From a bacterium (GTDB lineage: Bacteria; Zixibacteria; MSB-5A5; GN15; FEB-12), in NCBI GenBank assembly GCA_024230675.1, contig JAAERE010000079.1, positions 1-55,318 of the forward strand: 55,318 bases of DNA, written 5' to 3'. The translations under genes were made by a program, and so were the position numbers. The notes beneath the pieces are model-generated. The model had not been told where the DNA came from and did no database searches. It worked only from the letters and a program-made list of their open reading frames with translations. Below, piece after piece: positions 1 through 9,758 of the stretch (its first letter is position 1; each line of letters begins with the position of its first letter).

Positions 1-1754
1 GCGGAACGCACGTTCGTACGACCTCCGTGGACCCTGACTATCTTGGCCACCAACGACAGGCCCAGGCCGGTGCCGGAAGGTCTTGAGGAGAAAAAGGGAG
101 TGAATATTCGGTCAACATCCTCGGCGGGAATGCCGCAGCCAAAGTCCCGAATGCGAATTTCGGCCCGATCGGCAGTCGCTTCCACCTCGATTTCAACTGC
201 GCCCCGGCGGGCGTCATAGGCGTTGATGGCGTTGTCGACAACGTTGCAGAGCACCTGCCGGAAAAGGACGTCGTCGGCCGCTACCTCAAAGTCCTCGCAA
301 AGATTCAGTTTGAACTCGGCGTCCCGGGAGTCATCGCGGGCGCGAAATTGTCTGATCGTTTCATTTATCAACCGGTGCACCGAACACTTCTCGGGCGAGA
401 ATTCAAGCGGTCGAGCGTATGATAAAAACCGTCCTATGAGGCTCTCCGCCTCCCCGGCCTCGTCAAGCAGAGTCTCAGCCGTATCTAGGGCGAGTCCCTC
501 GCGCTTCAAGCGTTTCTTTAAAAGTGTGCCGTAACCGCTTATCGCGCCTAGCGAATTACGCATCTGGTGAGCCAAGCCTCCAGCCATCTCACCCAGCGCT
601 GCAAGGCGGTTCTGATTCTCCAATTCGCGGCGCAGCCGGACCAGTTCGGTGAGATCGTTCACGAGTATGAGCAGCCCCACTCGGTTCTGCGCCTTGTCCA
701 GGATAATTGAGATCGATGCGCCCACAACAACCTCAGGGTAGTCCGGCAGCAAGTTATGGTATTCTTTGTATCCGGTGGTGACACCGTGATCGACCACCGA
801 CCGGACGTCGGCACGCAAGTCTCCCATATCGGCGAGAAGCCCAGCGTAATCGAGACCGATCGCGGGGGCTGCCCCCAGCCTGAGCAGACCGGCAGCGGTT
901 TCGTTGACCGCCACCACTCCTCCCCGGGGGTCAAGGGTGATTATCCCGGCGTGGTTCGATTCAAATAGATACTGGTTGAACTGTTCCAGTGAGTCAGCCT
1001 TGCTCTGGATAGCGGCGTTCAACCGCAGCAGTTCAGTCTCGCTCTGCTGCAGGCGCTCGATAACCGCCCGGTACTCAGTCACGATCGCTTCGGTGTCGTC
1101 GGTGTCGTCCACCGCCCTCCCGGCCCGAGCCGCCTGCTCCTTGATTCGCCTGAGGGGTTTGAAAATGTACCGGGACAGATAGGCGTAGGCCACGCCGGCC
1201 AGCGCCAGAGCCGCGAGCTGTATCGCCAGAACAAACATTCTCATGTCGTCGTAGTTGGCCAGACGCTCCCGTTCGACGGATACGATCAGCAGATGTCCCC
1301 CGCCCGGAGCTTCCACCGGATACAGGTAGTAATACTCTGATTCGTCCCCGCGCGTAAGCCGATTTACTTCGGCCTCGAACAGCTTCTCCGCTACGCCCGG
1401 AAGCTGTCCCGGCGGCAGCCGGTGTATCACCGACGAGAGCCAGGCTCTTTTCTCCGCCCCGGAAGGCCCGTTGGGGCGCGAGTGGACCAGGTTTAGATCG
1501 CTAAGATTGTACTGGCTGACCAGCGCCTGCTCTTCGGTCTGGGTTAGAAGTTCCGGTGTTTTTGCCTGCACGGCCCGGCTGATGCCAAGGGCGGCGGTTC
1601 GAAGATGACTCAGGGTAGCCTCGCGAAGAATAGTCCGGTCTTGAAAGATGACATAGTTGGAGGCAACGTTCAGAGCAAAGAGAAGAAGGACTATAGCCAG
1701 GAATCCGAGATGGACCCAGGATTCGTATCTGCTGGACCGCTTAGACGTCGCCAT
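1..1754 (-). CDS. Sensor histidine kinase (N-terminal TM / extracytoplasmic region / TM, coiled-coil and PAS-like region, HisKA, HATPase_c); 3' end runs off the window
   Basis: Uninterrupted minus-strand frame from ATG at 1752-1754 to the window edge. It is absent from the ORF track because it has no in-window stop. My own translation gives MATSKRSSRYESWVHLGFLAIVLLLFALNV... Motifs seen: H-box GGLAHQMRNSLGAISGY, N-box VVDNAINAY, G1 RDFGCGIP, G2 SGTGLGLSLVAKIV. Confidence 0.85.
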   Translation of the reverse strand, partial: MATSKRSSRYESWVHLGFLAIVLLLFALNVASNYVIFQDRTILREATLSHLRTAALGISRAVQAKTPELLTQTEEQALVSQYNLSDLNLVHSRPNGPSGAEKRAWLSSVIHRLPPGQLPGVAEKLFEAEVNRLTRGDESEYYYLYPVEAPGGGHLLIVSVERERLANYDDMRMFVLAIQLAALALAGVAYAYLSRYIFKPLRRIKEQAARAGRAVDDTDDTEAIVTEYRAVIERLQQSETELLRLNAAIQSKADSLEQFNQYLFESNHAGIITLDPRGGVVAVNETAAGLLRLGAAPAIGLDYAGLLADMGDLRADVRSVVDHGVTTGYKEYHNLLPDYPEVVVGASISIILDKAQNRVGLLILVNDLTELVRLRRELENQNRLAALGEMAGGLAHQMRNSLGAISGYGTLLKKRLKREGLALDTAETLLDEAGEAESLIGRFLSYARPLEFSPEKCSVHRLINETIRQFRARDDSRDAEFKLNLCEDFEVAADDVLFRQVLCNVVDNAINAYDARRGAVEIEVEATADRAEIRIRDFGCGIPAEDVDRIFTPFFSSRPSGTGLGLSLVAKIVRVHGGRTNVRS

Positions 1755-1802
1755 ACTGCATTAATCGGCACCAGTTGAAACCAATTGAGATGGAGCGAAG
1801 GA

Positions 1803-2585
1803 TTATTGGAGATGCAGGAAGTTAGTTACGTAGTAGGCGATGATCTGGTCGCCCCAGATAATAGCCAGCATGGCCGCCGTCGCTATGAACGGGCCGAACG
1901 GCACCATCCGCTGCTGACGCAGTTTCGCCGAGAAGATCATCAGAATCACCGACACAACGAGACCAATGCCGGCCGAAGCCAGAAAAATAAACAGGACTTT
2001 CTGCCAGCCGAGGAACGCCCCCAGCATCGCAGCCATCTTGATATCCCCGCCCCCCATTGACTCTTTCTTGAACAACCAGTCTCCCAGCAGGGCGACCAGG
2101 TAGAGAGCGCCGCCCCCGACCAGCAGGCCAATCAGGGACGAGACGATTCCGATTCCATCCGGAAGGAAAGATATCCCCAGCCCTACTACCATGCCCGGAA
2201 GCGTAATCAGATCGGGGATGATCTGAAAGTCAAGGTCGATAAAGAAGATCGCGATCAGGGCCGACGAAAGAAAAGCGAAAACGCCCAGCTGGAGCGTCAG
2301 ACCGAATTCCCAGGCAAAATAGAGCCAACACAGGGCGTTGAGCGCCTCGACCAGAGGATAACGGAAAGATATCCTTGCACCGCAAAAACCGCATTTCCCT
2401 CTTAGCACGAGAAAGCTCAGAAGCGGGACGTTGTGGTACCACTTCAACTGCTTCTCACAGCCTGGACAAAAAGAACGGCCCGACCGAACCTTCTTGTCTC
2501 TGGGGATACGGTATATGACGACGTTCAGGAACGATCCGATGCACAGTCCCAGTAGTCCGATGAAGATGTAGTGTATTAGCTCCAT
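1803..2585 (-). CDS. pilD: Type IV prepilin leader peptidase / N-methyltransferase (peptidase A24)
   Basis: 260 aa, polytopic. N-terminal GSFLNVVIYRIP followed by the Cys motif CPGCEKQL...CGFCGARIS. Asp-containing membrane core FFIDLDFQIIPD and GGGDIKM. Confidence 0.9.
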   Translation of the reverse strand: MELIHYIFIGLLGLCIGSFLNVVIYRIPRDKKVRSGRSFCPGCEKQLKWYHNVPLLSFLVLRGKCGFCGARISFRYPLVEALNALCWLYFAWEFGLTLQLGVFAFLSSALIAIFFIDLDFQIIPDLITLPGMVVGLGISFLPDGIGIVSSLIGLLVGGGALYLVALLGDWLFKKESMGGGDIKMAAMLGAFLGWQKVLFIFLASAGIGLVVSVILMIFSAKLRQQRMVPFGPFIATAAMLAIIWGDQIIAYYVTNFLHLQ

Positions 2586-2613
2586 ACCTACCTAATATCG
2601 GCAGTGGGAGTTA

Positions 2614-3360
2614 TTATCTGAGTTCCCCCAGACGGTCCATAGCCAAGGCTACAGCTACCGGGCCGGCGGTCTCGGTCCGAAGGACCCTCTCCCCCAGTCT
2701 GACCGGCCTTATTCCGGCCTCTGCCGCCAGGGCCACCTCATCGTCGGAGAATCCCGCCTCCGGTCCCACCAGCAGCGTGAGACGCTTCAGATTGTTCCCC
2801 AACGGGACGTCCGCCAGAGCCTCGGCTTTCCGGATCGGGTGAAATATCAGACCGGTATCGTCGGTATCAAACTCGCCCAGGAAGTCGGCGAAGGTTGTGG
2901 GAAGGGCGATTTCCGGAAGGTAGGCGCGGCGGCACTGCTTGGTGGCAGCCAAAGCCACTTTTCGAAGCCTCGTCACCCTTGATCTAGCCCGCCGAGGATC
3001 GTCCATCCTGATTTTGGATTTCTCTGTAATCAGAGGAACGAATCTTTTGACGCCCAATTCGGTGCCTCGTTGTACCACTGAATCGAATTTCGACGCCGCC
3101 GAGAGACCGGCCGCCAGCGTCAGACGAACTGTCGCTTCCCCGAAATCGCGCAGATCTGAATGTACTCGTACAGAAGTTTTCCTGGCGGAAGAAGCGGCTA
3201 TCTCGCCGCGGCAGGCACTCCCAAGACCGTCGATGACGATCACAATCGCTCCCGCCGCCAGCCGCATCACCTTCGAGGCATGGCGGGCTTCACCGGGCGG
3301 CAGAGCTATTAGATCACCGTCCCGGTTTTCAGGCGGGGAATAGAAAATTGGAGGCTGCAA
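2614..3360 (-). CDS. rsmE: 16S rRNA (uracil1498-N3)-methyltransferase RsmE
   Basis: 248 aa. Shows the PUA-like N-terminus plus SPOUT core pattern (RLTLAAGLSAASKFDSVVQRGTELGVKRFVPL; LLVGPEAGFSDDEV; LGERVLRTETA). Sits downstream of prmA, as in Bacillus dnaK operons. Confidence 0.85.
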   Translation of the reverse strand: MQPPIFYSPPENRDGDLIALPPGEARHASKVMRLAAGAIVIVIDGLGSACRGEIAASSARKTSVRVHSDLRDFGEATVRLTLAAGLSAASKFDSVVQRGTELGVKRFVPLITEKSKIRMDDPRRARSRVTRLRKVALAATKQCRRAYLPEIALPTTFADFLGEFDTDDTGLIFHPIRKAEALADVPLGNNLKRLTLLVGPEAGFSDDEVALAAEAGIRPVRLGERVLRTETAGPVAVALAMDRLGELR

Positions 3361-3363
3361 TTT

Positions 3364-4248
3364 CTACTTCCTGTGGACCGTGTACGTTAACCACTCCTCA
3401 TCGCGGAGGATCGTGAACTCATCCTGTTCCAGTTTGAGCAGGGCTTGAGATATCTCAGGGCCGTCCTGCTCCAGCAGCCCGGATAGGATGAGCCATCCAC
3501 CCGGCGCCGTTAAAGCGACCAGACGCTTGAGCATCTCAAGAATAGTGATTTTTATGATGTTGGCGCAAACAAAGTTGTAAGGGGCGTCCGAAGCACATAC
3601 TTCGATTGACCCCAGCGCGATTTCGTGCGGCGCCCGGAGGTCGTTGATTCTGAAATTGTCCCGGCAGTTTTCGACGGCGATCGGATCGTAGTCAATCGCT
3701 TTGATGTATCGTGCTCCCATTTGGTCGGCCAGCACCGACAGCACGCCTGAGCCGGCTCCCATGTCGAGAAAACGCATCCCCGGTTCCATGCGTTTACGGA
3801 CAGCTATTAGGCTGCTTCGGGTGGTCGCATGACTGCCGGTACCGAAAGCCATCACCGGATCGATGATGATTTCGTAACGAGTCTCCTGAGGATTGGCCCA
3901 GGTTGGGCGGATGGCAATATCATCGCCTATCCGCAGCGGCTTGACCGACTCCCGGTACTTCTCCAGCCAGTTGATCTCGGATACGAGTTTCTCTGTGATT
4001 TCAGGAATCGAAGGCAGTCCCTCGCCCACGAGCGAACTCAGAAACTGCTTCAGCCGGTCCGTGCAATCGGCGTCCTCAAGAGAGGGGTAAAAAAGGATAG
4101 AGGTCGAAGAAGAATTCTCTTCTTCTTCCAGGACCAAACCGCCAACTATGTGTTCGACGATAAAGTCACAGACCGGGTCGACCAGTCCGTTGGGCACCGA
4201 TACCTTCAGCTCCCGATGTGACGGCGAAGGTCTGTCTGTCATTTTCAA
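3364..4248 (-). CDS. prmA: Ribosomal protein L11 methyltransferase PrmA
   Basis: 294 aa. [14 protein letters not shown] and the SAM-binding [13 protein letters not shown] motifs. ATGA overlap with the dnaJ stop codon. Confidence 0.9.
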   Translation of the reverse strand: MKMTDRPSPSHRELKVSVPNGLVDPVCDFIVEHIVGGLVLEEEENSSSTSILFYPSLEDADCTDRLKQFLSSLVGEGLPSIPEITEKLVSEINWLEKYRESVKPLRIGDDIAIRPTWANPQETRYEIIIDPVMAFGTGSHATTRSSLIAVRKRMEPGMRFLDMGAGSGVLSVLADQMGARYIKAIDYDPIAVENCRDNFRINDLRAPHEIALGSIEVCASDAPYNFVCANIIKITILEMLKRLVALTAPGGWLILSGLLEQDGPEISQALLKLEQDEFTILRDEEWLTYTVHRK

Positions 4249-5426
4249 ACTCCGAGCGTTTCTCTCAGCTTTTCAAAAAACGACTTGTCTCCCTTGGGCG
4301 GGACGAAAGTCTCGGACCGGGCCAGTTTCTCCAGCGTGGCCTTGTCTTCGCCGCTGATCTTAGTCGGCACCCAGACGGTTACTTGCACCAGCTGATCGCC
4401 TCGCCCCCCTCGGTGCAAATGCGGAATGCCTTTTCCCCGCATCTTAATCACTTTGCCGGACTGAGTGCCGGCGGGAATCTTGAGTCGGGCGGTACCGCCG
4501 AGAGCCTGAACTTCGACTTCTCCTCCCAACGCCGCGGTCGTAAACGAGATAGGTAGTTCAAAGAGAATGTCGTCGCCATGACGGGTGAAGAACTCGTGCG
4601 GCGTCTCCTGAAATACGGCGATAAGATCACCCGGCTGTCCCTGCTGCGGAGCGGCGTTGCCCATATTCTCGACCGTCATATAATTGCCGCTGGAGACGCC
4701 GGCCGGAACCTTGATGGACACTTTGCCGGCGCCCTTGTGGCGGCCTTCACCGCGACAGGTCGTGCAGGGCTCGGAAATGATCTGGCCCGTGCCCCGACAA
4801 AGGTTGCAGGTCGTTACCTGCTGCACAGTACCCAGAAAAGTCCGCGTTACCGTGCGCACCTGACCAGATCCGCGACACTGGCCACAGGTTTTCTTTGAGG
4901 ACCCCGCCGCCACGCCCGAACCATCGCAGGTTTGACATCTTATCTGGCGGTTGACCTTGAGCGTCCTCTCCACGCCCGTGGAGATTTCCTCGAGCGTCAA
5001 TTCAATGCGTGCCCGAAGGTCCTCACCGCGGTTGCCTCGACGGCCTCCGCCCCCGCCCATGCCGCCTCCGAAGAACTCGTCGAAAATAGTTCCGCCCCCT
5101 CCGGCGCCGCCGCCGAAGTCCCGCATGAAAGCGCGGAGAGCATCGCCCAGATCGAAGGCTTCAAAACCGCCTCCGAAGCCGCCACCAAAACCGCCCTGTT
5201 GGCCCAGTCCGGCATGGCCGTACTGGTCGTAAACCTGGCGCTTTTGTGAGTCCTTGAGGACCTCGTAAGCCTCAGTGGCTTCCTTGAAATTGCTCTCGGC
5301 TTCCTTATCGCCCGGATTTCGGTCCGGGTGGAACTGCATCGCCTTCTTGCGATAGGCCGACTTGATCGTATCGGCCTCGGCCCCCCGATCGAGGCCAAGG
5401 ACCTCGTAGTAATCCCGTTTGGTCAT
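4245..5426 (-). CDS. dnaJ: Molecular chaperone DnaJ
   Basis: 393 aa. J-domain DYYEVLGL...HPDRNP, G/F-rich linker, four CxxCxGxG zinc-finger repeats ([32 protein letters not shown]). Confidence 0.97.
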   Translation of the reverse strand: MTKRDYYEVLGLDRGAEADTIKSAYRKKAMQFHPDRNPGDKEAESNFKEATEAYEVLKDSQKRQVYDQYGHAGLGQQGGFGGGFGGGFEAFDLGDALRAFMRDFGGGAGGGGTIFDEFFGGGMGGGGGRRGNRGEDLRARIELTLEEISTGVERTLKVNRQIRCQTCDGSGVAAGSSKKTCGQCRGSGQVRTVTRTFLGTVQQVTTCNLCRGTGQIISEPCTTCRGEGRHKGAGKVSIKVPAGVSSGNYMTVENMGNAAPQQGQPGDLIAVFQETPHEFFTRHGDDILFELPISFTTAALGGEVEVQALGGTARLKIPAGTQSGKVIKMRGKGIPHLHRGGRGDQLVQVTVWVPTKISGEDKATLEKLARSETFVPPKGDKSFFEKLRETLGV

Positions 5427-5431
5427 CTGCC

Positions 5432-7369
5432 CTACTTCTTGTCGTCGTCGACTACCTCAAAATCGGCGTCGACCGCACCGTCGGTATCTCCGGATGTTTC
5501 CTGGGCGGCTTCACCGTCCGGCTGTTCGGGGGCGCCTTCGGTCTGAGCACCGGCAGCTTCCTGCGCCTGCTGAGCCTGCTTGTACATCTCCTCGGCCAGC
5601 TTGTGAGAGGCCTGCATAACCTTCTCCTTGGCAGCGTTGATAGCCTCCAGCGACTCGCCTCCCAGAGCGGTACGGAGTTCTTCGAGGGCGGTCTCGATAT
5701 TCTTCTTCTCTTCTTCGGAAACCTTGTCGCCGTGCTCTTTGAGCGTTTTCTCAGTAGTATAGATCAACTGGTCACACTCGTTGCGGGCTGCAATTACTTC
5801 GCCCTTCTGTTTGTCCTCGTCAGCGAACTTTTCAGAGTCCTGAACCATGCGGTCAATCTCAGTTTCGCTCAAACCGGAGGAGACTTCAATCTTGATCGAC
5901 TGCTCTTTGCCGGTAGCCATGTCTTTGGCCCCGACGTGAACGATGCCGTTGGCGTCGATATCAAACGCGACCTCGATTTGCGGCATGCCGCGCGGCGCGG
6001 CCGGGATACCGACCAGGTCGAACTTACCCAGAGTGCGGTTGTCAATAGCCATCTGTCGCTCACCCTGGAGCACGTGAATCGAAACGGCCGGCTGGTTGTC
6101 GCTGGCTGTTGAGAAGACCTGCGATTTCTTGGTCGGAATAGTAGTATTGCGTTCTATCAGTTTGGTCATGACGCCGCCCAGAGTCTCAATACCGAGAGAG
6201 AGCGGCGTAACGTCGAGAAGGACCACATCCTGGACATCGCCGGCCAGCACACCGCCCTGAATGGCAGCACCTACGGCCACGACCTCGTCCGGGTTGACGC
6301 CCTTGTTGGGCTCCTTGCCGAACAGCTCCTTGACCATCTCGACGACCTTGGGCATGCGGGTCATGCCACCGACCAGGACAACCTCATCGATTTCGCCGAT
6401 AGACAGCTTGGCATCAGCCAGCGCCTGCCGGCAGGGACCGGTAGTACGTTCCAGAAGCGCCTCCGTAAGCTGCTCAAACTTCGCCCGAGTAAGCGAAAGG
6501 TCCAAATGCTTGGGGCCGCTCTGGTCGGCTGTTACGAACGGAAGATTTATGTTCGTCTGCATCGCCGACGACAGCTCGATCTTTGCCTTCTCGGCCGCCT
6601 CCTTGAGGCGCTGCAGGGCCATGCGATCCTTGCGAAGGTCTATCCCCTGCGACTGCTTGAACTCGTCGGCCATCCAGTCGATGATCGCCTGATCAAAGTC
6701 GTCGCCGCCCAGGTGAGAGTCACCGTTGGTAGAACGGACCTCAAAAACACCGTCGCCGATCTCAAGAATCGACACATCGAACGTACCGCCACCGAGATCG
6801 TACACAGCTATCTTCTCGTTACCTTTTTTCTGAAGACCGTAAGCCAGCGAGGCCGCTGTAGGCTCGTTGATGATGCGGAGTACTTCCAGCCCGGCGATGC
6901 GTCCGGCGTCCTTGGTCGCCTGACGCTGAGCGTCGTTGAAATAGGCCGGGACCGTAATCACCGCCTGTTTGACGTCCTCACCAAGATAGTTCTCGGCCGC
7001 CTTTTTGAGATACTGGAGCGTCATTGCGGAGATTTCCGACGGCGCCAGTTTCTTTCCGCCGGCCTCGACGATAGCGTTGCCCGAATCGTCGGAGACAACC
7101 AGATATGGCACGATTTTCTCTTCGGTGGAAACTTCCTCATGCCGGCGTCCCATGAAACGCTTAATGGAGAACACCGTGTTCTCGGGGTTGGTGACGGCCT
7201 GACGTTTGGCGGCCGCGCCTACGAGACGTTCACCATCTTTGGTGAATGCCACCACCGAAGGTGTCGTGCGAGCGCCTTCCTGGTTCGGAATAACTGCCGG
7301 TTCCTTGCCCTCGAGCACCGCCACACAAGAGTTGGTGGTTCCCAGATCAATACCTATGACTTTTCCCAT
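5432..7369 (-). CDS. dnaK: Molecular chaperone DnaK (Hsp70)
   Basis: 645 aa. [37 protein letters not shown] and an acidic C-terminal tail. Confidence 0.98.
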   Translation of the reverse strand: MGKVIGIDLGTTNSCVAVLEGKEPAVIPNQEGARTTPSVVAFTKDGERLVGAAAKRQAVTNPENTVFSIKRFMGRRHEEVSTEEKIVPYLVVSDDSGNAIVEAGGKKLAPSEISAMTLQYLKKAAENYLGEDVKQAVITVPAYFNDAQRQATKDAGRIAGLEVLRIINEPTAASLAYGLQKKGNEKIAVYDLGGGTFDVSILEIGDGVFEVRSTNGDSHLGGDDFDQAIIDWMADEFKQSQGIDLRKDRMALQRLKEAAEKAKIELSSAMQTNINLPFVTADQSGPKHLDLSLTRAKFEQLTEALLERTTGPCRQALADAKLSIGEIDEVVLVGGMTRMPKVVEMVKELFGKEPNKGVNPDEVVAVGAAIQGGVLAGDVQDVVLLDVTPLSLGIETLGGVMTKLIERNTTIPTKKSQVFSTASDNQPAVSIHVLQGERQMAIDNRTLGKFDLVGIPAAPRGMPQIEVAFDIDANGIVHVGAKDMATGKEQSIKIEVSSGLSETEIDRMVQDSEKFADEDKQKGEVIAARNECDQLIYTTEKTLKEHGDKVSEEEKKNIETALEELRTALGGESLEAINAAKEKVMQASHKLAEEMYKQAQQAQEAAGAQTEGAPEQPDGEAAQETSGDTDGAVDADFEVVDDDKK

Positions 7370-7402
7370 GATCCTTTCTCCTCTATTCAGAATTCACACA
7401 TA

Positions 7403-8101
7403 TTAGCTTTGCTCAGGCGCCTGTTCGCCGCCCTGTTCCGAGTTATCTTCCAGACCTTTGCTCACGCCCACTTTGGCGTGTCTCAACACGCGCTCCCCCA
7501 GCATATAGCCTTTGCCTATCTCGACCGCGACCGTCCCCTCATCGTATTCTTCCGTAGGCACCGGCATCAGGGCCTCGTGAAGGTTCGGGTCAAACGGCTT
7601 TCCGAGCGACTCGATCGCCTTCACGTCGTGACGCGCCAGAAGATCTACCATCTGGCTGTAAATGAGCTCCGTGCCCTGGCGAACGGCGTCACCGCTAGCG
7701 GTATCGCCGTTGGCAGCCTCACTGTTGGCGCCGTTCTGGACGCCTTCCTCGTGGTGCTGGAGAGCTCGCTCGAAATTGTCAACAACGTCGAGCATTTCTC
7801 TCAACAGGCGGTCGTTGGCGTGTCGGATTGTGTCCTGTATCTGACGGGCCGATCGCTTCCGGAAATTGTCCATCTCCGCCAGAGCGCGGAGTTTCTGATC
7901 CTCGAGCTGCTGCACCTGCGCCTTCAGCTGGTCTACCTCGCTGAGAATTTCCTCCGCGGGCTCTTCGCAAGGGCGGTTTTCGTCCTTTTCGGATGAAGGT
8001 TCTTCGTGCTCGCCGATAGGAATGATCTTCTCCTCCGACCGAACGTCACCAGCAGCCGCTGTATCTGTCTTATCTCTTTTCGCTTTTTTAGCCTTGGCCA
8101 T
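7403..8101 (-). CDS. grpE: Nucleotide exchange factor GrpE
   Basis: 232 aa. Acidic N-terminus, coiled coil, ALAEMDNFRKRSARQ and GKPFDPNLHEA...GYMLGERVLRHAKV motifs. Lies between hrcA and dnaK. Confidence 0.93.
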   Translation of the reverse strand: MAKAKKAKRDKTDTAAAGDVRSEEKIIPIGEHEEPSSEKDENRPCEEPAEEILSEVDQLKAQVQQLEDQKLRALAEMDNFRKRSARQIQDTIRHANDRLLREMLDVVDNFERALQHHEEGVQNGANSEAANGDTASGDAVRQGTELIYSQMVDLLARHDVKAIESLGKPFDPNLHEALMPVPTEEYDEGTVAVEIGKGYMLGERVLRHAKVGVSKGLEDNSEQGGEQAPEQS

Positions 8102-8115
8102 ATCTCTCTTCTCTC

Positions 8116-9150
8116 TTACTTATCCATTCCGGACAGAACATCGGTTATGGAACGAGCGGTGTACTCAACTATCGAGACCGCCTTGCTGTACGGCAGTCGC
8201 GTGGGGCCGATAATCCCCACGGCGCCGTGTATCTTGCCCGCCCGGTAAGAAGCCGTCACCAGCGAACAGTTCATAATCTCGTTCAGGGTGTTCTCACGCC
8301 CAATGCTGATAATCAAATCTTCTTCGTGAGCATGCCCGAGAAACTCTGAAAGCACCTTGCCGTCTTCGATCACCTTCAGCAACGAGGACAATCTCTCCAG
8401 CTTGGCAAACTCGGGCTTGGCAAGGAGATGATCGGTGCCGGATACGAGAAGGTCCTGCGAGTGATCCTCGGTCCAGATGCGATCGCTTGAATCGACCACA
8501 AGTTTGAGCAGGCGAGCGTGCCCGGCAACATCGGCCAGGCGGTTCGAAATAGAATCCCGGATCTCCGAGAGCGTCAGGCCGCGTAGTCGCTCGTTAAGGG
8601 TAGTCTCGACCTCGCGTACCGCCGTGTCGGATATGCTGGTCTCAACCTCGAGCACCAGCGATCGGGCCAGGCCCGATTCCACAACGACCACGACCATAAG
8701 TCTGTCTTCGGAGACGGGGATCAGCCTGAGGTCGCGCAGGACGCCCACTTCGAACCGAGGAGCAATAGTAACGCCGAGCTGGTTGGTAATATCCCCCAGA
8801 AGCCGGGCGGTCTGTCCGAGAATCTCCTGGATACCACGCCCTTCCTTGAGAATGCCCTGCTTAATCGCCTGCTTCTCATCTTCCGTCAATTGATCCGGCT
8901 TCAGCAGGAAATCGACATAAACGCGGTAGCCAACGTCGGTCGGTACCCTTCCGGCCGAAGTATGCGGCTGCTCGACTAGTCCAAGTTCTTCGAGATCCTG
9001 AAGGGTATTCCGGATCGTTGCCGAGGAGAGACCCATCTTGAACTTGTTAGCGATAACACGCGAACCCACAGGATCAGCCGACCCGATATAGTGATTAATC
9101 AGGTTGGCGAGGATCTCCTTTTCGCGCGCTGACAGATTTTCGAAGGCCAT
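8116..9150 (-). CDS. hrcA: Heat-inducible transcriptional repressor HrcA
   Basis: 344 aa. N-terminal winged helix (LSAREKEILANLINHYIGSADPVGSRVIA...LSSATIRNTLQDLEELGL...HTSAGRVPTD). First gene of the hrcA-grpE-dnaK-dnaJ string. Confidence 0.92.
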   Translation of the reverse strand: MAFENLSAREKEILANLINHYIGSADPVGSRVIANKFKMGLSSATIRNTLQDLEELGLVEQPHTSAGRVPTDVGYRVYVDFLLKPDQLTEDEKQAIKQGILKEGRGIQEILGQTARLLGDITNQLGVTIAPRFEVGVLRDLRLIPVSEDRLMVVVVVESGLARSLVLEVETSISDTAVREVETTLNERLRGLTLSEIRDSISNRLADVAGHARLLKLVVDSSDRIWTEDHSQDLLVSGTDHLLAKPEFAKLERLSSLLKVIEDGKVLSEFLGHAHEEDLIISIGRENTLNEIMNCSLVTASYRAGKIHGAVGIIGPTRLPYSKAVSIVEYTARSITDVLSGMDK

Positions 9151-9175
9151 ATCAAGCTACCCGCATTTTCATTAA

Positions 9176-9190
9176 CTGCCATAATGGCAG
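9176..9190. promoter_or_regulatory. Perfect 15-bp palindrome CTGCCAT-A-ATGGCAG between the putative hrcA promoter and the hrcA start; candidate operator
   Basis: Read directly from the sequence. It lies 26 nt upstream of the hrcA ATG and downstream of the -10 candidate. It does not match CIRCE. Confidence 0.3.
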
Positions 9191-9211
9191 ACCTCATGTC
9201 AGAGGCCACAA

Positions 9212-9240
9212 TAAATAACACATTTTAGTACGCTCGTCAA
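9212..9240 (-). promoter_or_regulatory. Sigma-70-like promoter candidate for the hrcA-dnaK operon
   Basis: Minus strand reads TTGACG (9240-9235), a 17-nt spacer, then TATTTA (9217-9212) preceded by TGT (extended -10-like). Confidence 0.4.
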
Positions 9241-9272
9241 GCCCAAATGGTTCCCCTGAAAACGATTAGCAC

Positions 9273-9298
9273 AAAAAAAGCCGCCCGGAACGGGCAGC
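9273..9298 (-). terminator. Rho-independent terminator after the 98-aa Lys/Pro-rich gene
   Basis: Minus-strand RNA GCUGCCCG-UUC-CGGGCGGC (8 bp including one G-U pair) followed by UUUUUUU. Confidence 0.75.
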
Positions 9299-9369
9299 CT
9301 GAATTAGATCGACTGCAACGGCCCCAACGACCGCATATTTCGGACACCGCCGGACAACCGGCAGCTTCA

Positions 9370-9666
9370 CTAGTCTGTCTTCTTCTTCTCCGTAGGTTTC
9401 TTTTTCAAATTCTCACGGCGGTCGTCAATTCCGTTTTTGTTCTTGTCCACGAAATCGTCGTACTTCTTTTTCGTTTCTGGCTTCTTTTTCGGCGGAGACG
9501 GTTTCTTAGCGGCCGGCTTCTTCGGGGCCTCTTTCTTGGCCGGCTCTTTCTTCTCTTCGGTCTCAGTCTTGGGCTTTTCTTTGCTCTTCTTCTCGACCGC
9601 CCAGGCGCTACCGCCGCCGGACACCAGGAACGCTGCACAGAAAATGAAAGTTAGGATTCTCTTCAT
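9370..9666 (-). CDS. Small secreted Lys/Pro/Glu-rich protein with one thrombospondin-type-3/EF-like Ca-binding loop
   Basis: 98 aa. Signal peptide MKRILTFIFCAAFLVSGGGSAWA. The rest is KEKPK/KKP low complexity, with DKNKNGIDDRRE embedded. Has its own terminator. Confidence 0.6.
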   Translation of the reverse strand: MKRILTFIFCAAFLVSGGGSAWAVEKKSKEKPKTETEEKKEPAKKEAPKKPAAKKPSPPKKKPETKKKYDDFVDKNKNGIDDRRENLKKKPTEKKKTD

Positions 9667-9758
9667 GGTAACACCTGCTCCAAATTAATGGAATCGGCAC
9701 GGGCTGTCAACGAGTTCGCCCGGCCGATATAAGTTACTTTCTTCACGCTGCCATCGCC

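Noticed and set aside
6506-7996. A 496-aa plus-strand ORF running antisense across dnaK and into grpE.
   Set aside because: It is entirely antisense to two unmistakable, highly conserved genes. Its translation is low-complexity Leu/Arg/Val-rich with no recognisable motifs and no RBS. Long stop-free antisense frames opposite dnaK are a known codon-usage artefact in GC-rich genomes.
9263-9280. A TTAGCAC half-site that might be part of a CIRCE operator for hrcA.
   Set aside because: No complementary GAGTGCTAA half lies at N9 spacing on either side. The motif abuts the A-tract (the U-tract on the minus strand) of the upstream gene's terminator and lies upstream of the -35 candidate.
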